Assembly (NCBI GenBank): GCA_016196885.1
Contig: JACPWU010000007.1
Span: 1 to 31,427, forward strand
Source: Chlamydiota bacterium
GTDB lineage: Bacteria; Auribacterota; JACPWU01
DNA: 31,427 nt
Reading direction: 5' to 3'
Position numbers and translations under genes: made by a program. Below, one piece after another: positions 13,984 to 22,800 of this stretch (within the stretch, counting starts at the first letter, position 1; each line of letters begins with the position of its first letter). The notes under the pieces are model-generated. The model did not search any database. It was not told the DNA's origin and worked only from the letters and a program-made list of their open reading frames with translations.

Positions 13984-16900
13984 ATGAAGACATATCTTTC
14001 ACCCTGGTGGTTGGTTACTCTTTTCTTTTTCCTCGTTCCTCAGGTTTCGCCTTTAGCAAGTGATCTTAAAGTTCCTCTCCAAGTCGAGAATGATTTAAAT
14101 ATTGACCGCACCGATGAATATGTCACCTCAGGCGTTCCTGTTCCAAAGGACTCTCAGCTTTTTTCTACCCATTCCCTCAATATTTTAGATGAATCGGGAG
14201 GTGTGATTCCTTCTCAGGTGATTGTCACGGCCCGATGGGGCGGTGTGTCCACAGATACCAGTAAGCCGATCAAATGGATTTTGGCCACTTTTCCGGTTCA
14301 TGTTTCTCCCTTGAGCAAAGCGAATTATTTTCTTATTTCAGGATCTTCCAATCAAACTTCGAGCAATCTCAAGGTAGTTTCCGATACTGCCGATGCCATG
14401 GTGATAGATACTGGAAAGGCTGTGTTTTCCCTGAACAAGAAAAACTTTAATTTGTTGAGTTCTGTAACGGTGAGGGGTCAGCCAATTGCCACAGGAGGAG
14501 GGATCAGCCTTCTAGATGACCAAGGCGCTCTTTTTGATTCTTTGCAGGATGCTCCGAAAACTTTTTCAATTGAAGAGCAGGGTGCTTTAAGAATTGTGCT
14601 CAAGGTTGAAGGTTCTTTGAAATCAACGGGTGGGGCTTCTAAGACGGACTATCTTATTTATATTTATTTTTATTCCGATCAAAGTTATGCCCGTATGATT
14701 TATACGATTGGAAATCACAACAATGCTTTACAAAATAGCTGTTGTGGTTACGATGTTTTTAATTATTATGGGATTAACAGCATTACCTTCCGTGAGCTTT
14801 CCGTGAGTGAGGCTCTGGATCAGCCGAGTGGGTCGCTCTCTTATTTATTTCCGACAGGAAAGGGTGATCAATCAGGTGCTGTGAGCGGGCTCAATGTTTA
14901 TCAGGATTCATCAGGGACTTCTTATTGGAATCGGTACAATTCCACAGATAATCCTCGTCCCAACAGTGACGTCCAGTTTAAGGGATATGAGGTGAGGAAT
15001 GGTTCTACTCTCGTGGATTCAGGCAATCATTTTTCAGGATGGCTGGATCTTTCGGATTCCTCGAAGGGCGTTACCATGGGGATGATAGACTTTTGGCAAA
15101 ATTTTCCGAAAGGTTTAAGTGCCTCTCCAAGCGCTAGCATCAGGCTGAATCTTTTTCCTGTAGATTATGCGGGGCTTTATAACTTTAGGGTGGGAGAAGA
15201 GAAAACAACGGATCTCTTTTTTTATTTTCACAGTGGAGATGCGAATGCCGCGCATGTTTCTGACGTGGCTCAGGGCTTAGCGCATCCCATGATGGCTTTG
15301 GCTCCAGCCGATGTATACAGCTCATCAAAGGCAGTTCAAGAGTTTACGAGTCTTGCGGGAAGCTTGGAAGATCGGTATGGCCAATGGGCAAACGCAGATG
15401 ATCGGGTGAAGTTTGATTATTACAATGACCGAACCCTTCTTGCGGACCCCTTGTACAAAGGGATTGACAGCGATTATTATATTTTTTCAAGTCTTTGGTT
15501 GAGCACGTCTGATAAACCCAGCAGTGTGGATTATTTTGACTTTTATGGTTGGACTTGGTACGGCGATCAGCCTCTGGACTTTGAGTCTTATGGGGATGGC
15601 AAGGCAGGGCCCTTTGATGTGAAATACAATTTTGATTTCGGGGCCTGGATTCAATTTTTGAGAACGGGGGATTTCCGGTGGGAGGAAATGGCCAGTGCCT
15701 TTAGCAAACATTTGGAGCTTTTGATGCTGCATGATGTCGTGACCCTCACGGATGCTTATGGACCGACGGATGTGTCCAGGTGGCAAAACGCGGTTTTTGG
15801 GATGTCACAGCACAATGAAACGGGAAATTCTAATTCTGTGCGAAATGGGCTGGGACCCGTGATGGATACAGCGTTTGGGGCTCGCGGATCGCTGCTCCAT
15901 TATTATTTAACAGGGTATCCAGAGAGTCGAAGATTTTTGGAAAAAATAGGCGATTATGCCTATCACTTTTTCACGGATAATCCTGGGATATACGAAAACG
16001 TGCCTTATCTTGAGGACAGTGGGTCTGGAACGCGCACCTTTGCAAATTTTCTGACCATCATGGTAGAGGCCTTTAAATATTCTGGTGATTTAAAATATCA
16101 AAAACTTGCAAAACAAGTGATGGATCATTTTGCTCCGGAGAAACAGCCTTGGATCAATGGGCCTGTTGCAGGCAATGCTGGTTTCATGCAGCCCATGTTT
16201 TTCATGCAGTATGTGAATGCGATGGCCAGATACGCGCAGGTGGCGGACGAGTTTGGAATGAGTCAGGAAAGCAATCTCGCCAAGCAGCGGGTGGTTGCCT
16301 TTATGGATTGGTTTTTAAAATATGCTGTGATTAAACCTTATGAGTGGTACTCCACGTGGTACAAGTATTACTACAGTGGAAATAATCCTTTGACCCACGA
16401 TGATGGAACTCTCTACGACGACATGGTCAATAACTGGATGTTGGTCTTTGCAGATGCGTGTGCCTACGCCTATGCCTTTACCTTAAATCCCACTTACATC
16501 CATCAGGCGAAAGAATTTTTTAGAACAGGCGTTAACAATCCATTCTATCGGGGGAGTCCGCTGACTTATGCGACGGCGAAAGAAGCGGTGAATCATTTGG
16601 TGAATGGACATGTGTATCTTTATTATCAAAAATTTTACGACAATCTTCCACCCGACAGCGAACCGCCTGTCATTACAATCACGAACCCCGTCTCGAACGC
16701 GATGCTTTCAGGGGCCGTTGATTTGACTGTGAATGCGACAGACAACGTAGGCATTCAAAAGGTGTCTTATTTTTTGGAGGGTCAGGAATTGGCGAGTACT
16801 TGGCTGAGTCCTTTTAGCTATTCATGGAATACCGTTGGAACGCCTAACGGCAGTGATACGCTCCTGGCGAAGGCCTATGATTATGCCAACAATGAAACGG

Positions 16901-18858
16901 TGAGTGCACCCATTTCTCTTACGATTGCAAATATCATAGATATAGATGCTCCAAGCTGTACCATTTTAAGCCCTCAACAGAATGAATTCGTCAGGGGTGT
17001 TTTTTTGATTGAGGTACAGGCGCTCGACAATGTTGGGATACAAAAAGTAGAGTGCTATGTGGATGATAAATCAGTCGGGACCCTTACGAAAAGTCCGTAC
17101 TCTTTTAGCCTCGATTCTTCGCAATATACGGATGGGACTCACTTCATCCAAGCGAAGGCCACCGACACGAGCAACCTCGTTGGGCAGAGTCAAAAAATAG
17201 AGGTGATGATGGACCACACGAATCAGGCGCCGGTTGCCATTTTAACCTTCGATACCAGTCTCGTTTATCAAATCGAGCAAGCGGTTGCTTTTGATGGATC
17301 ACAATCAACGGACTCTGATGGGGATCCCCTGACTTATTCTTGGAGTTTTGGGGACAATGCGAGTGGCAATGGAGCCTCTACTTCTCATGCTTACCAGGTA
17401 GAGGGGAATTATGTTGTTGAATTGACCGTGTCAGATGGCAAGGTCCCATCAAAGACCCAAGCAAAGATTGCAATTTATCCTAAAGGTAAAATTTATACGA
17501 TCATTCTTCAACAGGGCCCGGATTATTCCGGAGCTCAAGATGCCTTGATCCGCGCCTCTTATGAAGGAAATTATGGAGGATCAACGCAGCTCCAAATCTA
17601 CAATGGCTACAATCCAGATTATAGGGCGTTGATGAAATTTGATTTGGGCAGTGTGACGCCTCCTCAAAATGCTATTTTTGTTTCTTCACAACTGATGCTT
17701 TTCTGCACTTCAACGGATTCCGTGAAAAATAATATTTACAGGCTGACAAAATCCTGGAAAGAGGGGACAGGAACTTACGGAAATACATTCAATGGAGCAA
17801 CCTGGAATACATTCGATGGGGTTTCGCCATGGACCCTGCCTGGGGCAGATCTAGATTTAACGACGGATTTTGGGGAAGGGCCGAATGGTTTGGTTTCTTC
17901 AGTGACTCCTGTGAAAGGGTCTGTGACTTTTGATGTTTCATCCCTTGTCTCGAAAGGGTTGACGGGTGAACTCGAGAACGATGGGTGGGTTGTTTTAATG
18001 CCGGACGACATTTATTATTCTCAAACGGCTTATGTTTCTAAAGAGGGGAGCGATGTTTCCGAGCGACCTAAACTGGTGATGAATTATTTAATTCCTTCTG
18101 CGGCGCCCGTTGATGATATACCTCCTCAATGCGAACTGATCAGTCCTACGGATGGCGCGATGGTTTCAGGAAAAATAGATATTGCTGTGAATGCGACAGA
18201 CAATGTGGCTATTCAAAAAGTGACTTATGTTTTAAACGATCAGGAAATAGGGACACAGACCGCCACTCCTTATTCACTGACTTTTGACACGGCTCAAGTG
18301 CCGGATGGCAGTTATATTCTTATCGCAAAGGCGTATGACACGGCTGGAAATCAGACTCCCAGCAGTCCGGTGACGTTTTTTATTTATCAGGGCAAGAATC
18401 TTGTTTTAAATCCACAGGCGGATGAAAATCTGCAATACTGGAAATTAACTTCAGGGGCAAAAGCCTCTGTTGTTACTTTTGAAAACGATAAAGTTTTTGC
18501 AACAACGGCAGGTTCTCTCTATCAAGATATCGTTTTGAAAAATATTCCCAATATTAATTCTGGAAGGCTTCAAATCACGCTCAGTTCAGATATGAAGGCT
18601 CAAAAGGATAACCAAGATCAGGGAAATCCCTACCTCTACGGTTATTTGGTTGGAACGCTTGATAATTTCGGCAAGATCACAACCTATATGCAAACTCCAT
18701 CTGTAAGGACAACGGCATGGCAAGTGAAACAAGTAACTTACACCCTCCCTGCCTATACAAATAAAATGAGAATTTATTTGAAAAGAAGTTCAAAAAATAA
18801 ATCAAAAACCACAAATCCGACGGCCTATTTTGACACGGTGAGTGTGAAAATAGGTTAG
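13984..18858 (+). CDS. Giant secreted multidomain protein 1. Modules: YetA/PcRGLX-like (PL26-like) N-terminal region, 2 Ig-like, PKD, DNRLRE/CBM96-like, Ig-like, C-terminal jelly-roll
   Basis: GGAGAAGGG RBS with ATG 13984, then signal MKTYLSPWWLVTLFFFLVPQVSPLA. Ig-like modules carry the NATDNVGIQKV motif three times. PKD: FDGSQSTDSDGDPLTYSWSFGD..GNYVVELTVSD. DNRLRE-like: ..YRALMKFDL....YRLTKSWKEG. The N-terminal family call is from recall only. Confidence 0.9.
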   Translation: MKTYLSPWWLVTLFFFLVPQVSPLASDLKVPLQVENDLNIDRTDEYVTSGVPVPKDSQLFSTHSLNILDESGGVIPSQVIVTARWGGVSTDTSKPIKWILATFPVHVSPLSKANYFLISGSSNQTSSNLKVVSDTADAMVIDTGKAVFSLNKKNFNLLSSVTVRGQPIATGGGISLLDDQGALFDSLQDAPKTFSIEEQGALRIVLKVEGSLKSTGGASKTDYLIYIYFYSDQSYARMIYTIGNHNNALQNSCCGYDVFNYYGINSITFRELSVSEALDQPSGSLSYLFPTGKGDQSGAVSGLNVYQDSSGTSYWNRYNSTDNPRPNSDVQFKGYEVRNGSTLVDSGNHFSGWLDLSDSSKGVTMGMIDFWQNFPKGLSASPSASIRLNLFPVDYAGLYNFRVGEEKTTDLFFYFHSGDANAAHVSDVAQGLAHPMMALAPADVYSSSKAVQEFTSLAGSLEDRYGQWANADDRVKFDYYNDRTLLADPLYKGIDSDYYIFSSLWLSTSDKPSSVDYFDFYGWTWYGDQPLDFESYGDGKAGPFDVKYNFDFGAWIQFLRTGDFRWEEMASAFSKHLELLMLHDVVTLTDAYGPTDVSRWQNAVFGMSQHNETGNSNSVRNGLGPVMDTAFGARGSLLHYYLTGYPESRRFLEKIGDYAYHFFTDNPGIYENVPYLEDSGSGTRTFANFLTIMVEAFKYSGDLKYQKLAKQVMDHFAPEKQPWINGPVAGNAGFMQPMFFMQYVNAMARYAQVADEFGMSQESNLAKQRVVAFMDWFLKYAVIKPYEWYSTWYKYYYSGNNPLTHDDGTLYDDMVNNWMLVFADACAYAYAFTLNPTYIHQAKEFFRTGVNNPFYRGSPLTYATAKEAVNHLVNGHVYLYYQKFYDNLPPDSEPPVITITNPVSNAMLSGAVDLTVNATDNVGIQKVSYFLEGQELASTWLSPFSYSWNTVGTPNGSDTLLAKAYDYANNETVSAPISLTIANIIDIDAPSCTILSPQQNEFVRGVFLIEVQALDNVGIQKVECYVDDKSVGTLTKSPYSFSLDSSQYTDGTHFIQAKATDTSNLVGQSQKIEVMMDHTNQAPVAILTFDTSLVYQIEQAVAFDGSQSTDSDGDPLTYSWSFGDNASGNGASTSHAYQVEGNYVVELTVSDGKVPSKTQAKIAIYPKGKIYTIILQQGPDYSGAQDALIRASYEGNYGGSTQLQIYNGYNPDYRALMKFDLGSVTPPQNAIFVSSQLMLFCTSTDSVKNNIYRLTKSWKEGTGTYGNTFNGATWNTFDGVSPWTLPGADLDLTTDFGEGPNGLVSSVTPVKGSVTFDVSSLVSKGLTGELENDGWVVLMPDDIYYSQTAYVSKEGSDVSERPKLVMNYLIPSAAPVDDIPPQCELISPTDGAMVSGKIDIAVNATDNVAIQKVTYVLNDQEIGTQTATPYSLTFDTAQVPDGSYILIAKAYDTAGNQTPSSPVTFFIYQGKNLVLNPQADENLQYWKLTSGAKASVVTFENDKVFATTAGSLYQDIVLKNIPNINSGRLQITLSSDMKAQKDNQDQGNPYLYGYLVGTLDNFGKITTYMQTPSVRTTAWQVKQVTYTLPAYTNKMRIYLKRSSKNKSKTTNPTAYFDTVSVKIG

Positions 18859-18933
18859 TTCTTTAAACCCCTGTCCGTCATCTATGAACATTCATGCCGA
18901 CTGAGGTCGGCACAAAGGGGGATGAAAATCACC

Positions 18934-19011
18934 CTTGTAGTCGCCCCATTTATGGGGCGGTCTATGACATTGGGGCATTGGGCATTGCCCGATAAATCGG
19001 GCGACTACAAG
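18934..19011. repeat. Palindromic repeat-family copy (three-hairpin MITE/REP-like)
   Basis: CTTGTAGTCGCCC...GGGCGACTACAAG outer arms enclose GCCCCATTTATGGGGC and GCCCGATAAATCGGGC hairpins. It is preceded by the separate hairpin TGCCGAC-TGAG-GTCGGCA (18895-18912). Confidence 0.75.
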
Positions 19012-19200
19012 CCATCATGAGTCATTGTATAAGAAAGAGTAGAGACTATTTTCAGATGAAGGTTCAAAATTCTAAGTTGGCAGAAGAGGGGAAAGAAGTT
19101 TATTTTTATAACATATTGCAGATAAGCAAGTTCCGAATTTAAAAAATGATGAATTCTGTTCTTGGGTAGGGATAGGGGAATATTTTTTTAAAAATTTTTG

Positions 19201-19230
19201 TTGACAACTTCTCAACGTTCCTGGTATTAC
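19201..19230 (+). promoter_or_regulatory. Sigma70-type promoter, copy B (TTGACA-17 nt-GTATTA)
   Basis: TTGACA at 19201-19206 and GTATTA at 19224-19229, preceded by an A/T-rich tract. It aligns without gaps to 8266-8293. Confidence 0.6.
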
Positions 19231-19235
19231 TATTT

Positions 19236-19828
19236 CCGGTTTAAGATTTATCCACAACGAAGCTCTTTACCCTTATGATGAGCAGTGCCGGGACGAGGGA
19301 AAGACGGGGGGGAGCTTCTTCATTGAGGGCCAACCTGCTTTCTCAAGGCGGCGTTTCTTTTCATCAAGGGACTTCTCTGCCCAAAAATAGCCTTTCATTT
19401 CTGAGATTCTTGCCGCCATTTCTCATCGCGAGTTTAAAGTGTCTAAAGTTCTTCACGAAACTTTCTTTTTGTCTACATTCAATCAACCAGCCGGGAATAA
19501 AAGGGGGTCAAGGGAAAGAGGAGAGTTAAAACAACGATAACCTCTGAAAAACCCTTATTTCTGGAGACCTCTCAAAAAGGTCCCAGAGGGAAGCGCGCCT
19601 GCAAGCGAAGGAGGAGGCGTACGTTTGTAGGGTACGCCGCACGACTGAGCGAAGCAGGAAGCGTTGTCAGATGGGCCTTTTTCAGAGGTCTCAACAACGA
19701 TAACTTTTTTATTTATGTAGGGGCACATACCATGATGGACACGCGCGAAGAGAAATGTTTTGTGTTCCCGCAGTTCAGGAGTTTTCCTGGATAAACCGTC
19801 TTATATTGCACAAGAAAGGATTAAATTT
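19236..19828 (+). promoter_or_regulatory. Long untranslated leader B upstream of giant gene 2 (module 1 about 19236-19460, 16-nt motif 19490-19505, inserted IR element 19542-19692)
   Basis: Homologous to leader A module 1. The motif-plus-purine tract aligns with 24806-24860. Confidence 0.55.
19530..19704. mobile_element. MITE-like inverted-repeat element flanked by a perfect 12-nt direct repeat
   Basis: AACAACGATAAC occurs at 19530-19541 and 19693-19704. Arms GAGACCTCTCAAAAAGGTCCCA (about 19563-19584) and TGGGCCTTTTTCAGAGGTCTC (about 19672-19692). Inner hairpin GGCGTAC..GTACGCC. The paralogous leader at 24846-24870 lacks it. Confidence 0.65.
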
Positions 19829-22800
19829 ATGTTAAGGAAAATGTTGGGAATGTTTTTAGATAGAAGGGTTAGCAGTTCTTTTTTGGCTTTAGGGATTTTG
19901 CTGGTTAGCACTTGCAGAATTTGGGGTTGGTCTACGGAGGAAGTGGGTGCTTCTAAGAGCTTTTCTGACATGGGCCAAAGATGGCTCGTCTTAGATGGCT
20001 CGGGCAATCCTCACATTGCCTATGGAGGTGATTCTTTGTATCACGCCTATTATGATGGGACTTCTTGGCATACAGAGACTGTTGATACTTCAACTGGGGT
20101 AGGTTCTTTTACCTCTATTGGTATCAATTCAAGTGGATATATGTGTATCAGTTATTATGATGAGACAAATGCTGATCTCAAATACGCGACGAACGTGAGC
20201 GGCTCTTGGGTGAAAACGACAGTGGATTCTACAGGGTCCGTGGGTCAGTACACCTCCCTTGCTTTGGATTCAAATGGGAAGGCGCATATCAGTTATTATG
20301 ATAATACAAATGGCGATCTCAAATACGCGACGAATGCCAGTGGCTCTTGGGTGAAAACAACGGTGGATTCTTCAGGATCTGTGGGTGGATACACCTCTCT
20401 TGCGTTGAATTCAAGTGGTAAGGCGCATATTAGCTATTATGATAATACAAATGGCGATCTCAAGTACGCGACGAATGCCAGTGGTTCTTGGGTGACAACG
20501 ACAGTGGATTCTTCAGGGTCTGTGGGTTGGTACACCTCTCTTGCTTTGGATTCAAATGGGAAGGCTCATATCAGTTATTATGATGCTTCATACGGTTATC
20601 TCAAATACGCGACGAATGAAAGTGGATCTTGGGCAACATACACAGTGGATAGAGAGAACAATGTGGGGAAATATACCTCGATTGCTCTGGATTCAAGTGG
20701 GAAGATCTATATCAGTTATTATGATGATACAAACGATGATTTGATGTACGTGACGGGTGACACCACGGGTAACAATGCGTCTTGGAATATTACCTCTTAT
20801 TCAAGTTCAGCAAATATCGGTTTGTATACCTCGATTGCCGTAGATTCGAGCGGCCGTGCCCATGTCAGTCATTATGATAGCAGCAATAAAGCGATCGAAT
20901 ATACGCTCATCAGTACCGAGGGACAATCACCAGCGACAACGACGGTAGATGTTTCGGAAGACAATGGTTTGTACACCTCACTTGTCCTGGATTCAAATGG
21001 TAAGGCGCATATCAGCTATTATGATAATGCAAATGCTGATCTCAAATACACGACGAATGCCAGCGGCTCTTGGGTGACAACGACGGTGGATTCTTCAGGG
21101 TCTGTGGGCTCGAACACCTCCCTCGCCTTGGATTCAAATGGGAAGGTGCATATCAGCTATTATGATATCACAAATGGCGATCTCAAATATGCGACGAATG
21201 CCAGCGGCTCTTGGGTGAAAACGACCGTGGATTCTACAATAACTGTGGGTTGGCACACCTCCCTTGCCTTGGATTCAAATGGGAAGGTGCATATCAGTTA
21301 TTATGATATCACAAATGGCGATCTCAAATATGCGACGAATGCCAGCGGCTCTTGGGTGAAAACAGTGGTGGATTCTTCAGGATATGTCGGTGGATACACC
21401 TCCCTTGCCCTGGATTCAAATGGGAAGGTGCATATCAGTTATTATGATTGGACCAATAGTGATCTCAAATACGCAACGAATGCGAGTGGCTCTTGGGTGA
21501 AAACGACGGTGGATTCTTCAGGATATGGGGGTTACTACACCTCCCTTGCCCTGGATTCGAGTGGTAAAGTTCATATCAGCCATGCCGATCCCGTAAATGA
21601 TGATCTCAAATATGCGACGAATGCCAGTGGTTCTTGGGTGACAGAGACGGTGGATTCTACAGGATATGTGGGTCAATACACCTCCCTTGCCTTGGATTCA
21701 AATGGGAAGGTGCATGTCAGTTATTATGATAATACAAATGGCGATCTCAAATACGCGACGAATGCAAGCGGCTCCTGGGTGGCAGAAGCTCTGGATTCTT
21801 CTGGATCTGTGGGTTCATACACCTCTCTTGCCTTAGATTCAAATGACAAGGTTCATGTCAGTTATTATGATGATACAAATAGTGCTCTCAAATACATCAC
21901 CAATGCAGACTCTCCTATCGCAGGGGGTGATAGCTATGCTTTGGATGAAGCAGCTTCGCTAGCGGGGTCAAGTGTTTTGGCCAATGACAGTGATCCTCAG
22001 GGGAGTTCTTTGACTGCAAGTTTGGTCAGGGGTCCTGCCTATGCGAGTTCATTTGGCCTGAATAGTGATGGGACTTTTTCTTATACCCATGATGGCTCTG
22101 AAACCACAAGTGACAGTTTTACTTATCAGGCCAGTGATGGGTCTCACAGTTCTTCAGAGACGACGGTGACCCTCACTGTCAATCCCGTCAATGATGCCCC
22201 TCTCAATTCTCTTCCAAGCGCTCAAGGTATTGATGAAGATACTTCATTAACATTTTCGAGTGCCAATGGCAATCTCATCAGCCTCTCGGATGCGGATGCA
22301 GGTTCAAGCGCTGTTCAGGTGAGTCTTTCCACCAGTAACGGGGCGCTTACGCTGGGAAGTAGTTTCGGCTTGACGTTTAGCACAGGAGACGGGACAGAAG
22401 ATATTTCCATGACCTTTACGGGAACGATGACAAATATCAATGCGGCCCTGAATGGCATGGTGTTTTCACCCACTGCCAATAGCAATGGTTCTGTTTCCCT
22501 TTCCATGACCACAAACGATCAGGGGAACACGGGTTCAGGAGGGGCCCTGTCGGATGCGGACAGTCTCACGATCACCGTTAATTCTATCAATGATGTCCCT
22601 CAGATAGAGGAGGGTCAGTCGTTTAGTGTAGATGAAACGGCCTCGGACGGGACCGTGGTGGGAACTGTTATCGCAAATGATGCCGATGGAGATGCGATTG
22701 CCTTTAGCATTGTGGGAGGCAATACCGATGGCACATTTAGCATAGATTCTTCAGGGGTGATTCGAGTTGCGGATTCCGACAGTCTAGAAGGGTCTTACAC

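Noticed and set aside
19275-19282. ATGATGAG resembles the hammerhead CUGAUGA core.
   Set aside because: The essential C3 is replaced. There is no GAAA/stem III arrangement, and copy A does not conserve it.
19975-21905. The regular 141-nt tandem repeats as a CRISPR-like or satellite array.
   Set aside because: The repeats are contiguous, in frame, and encode a 47-aa propeller-type unit inside a 1.6-kaa ORF. There is no spacer/repeat alternation.
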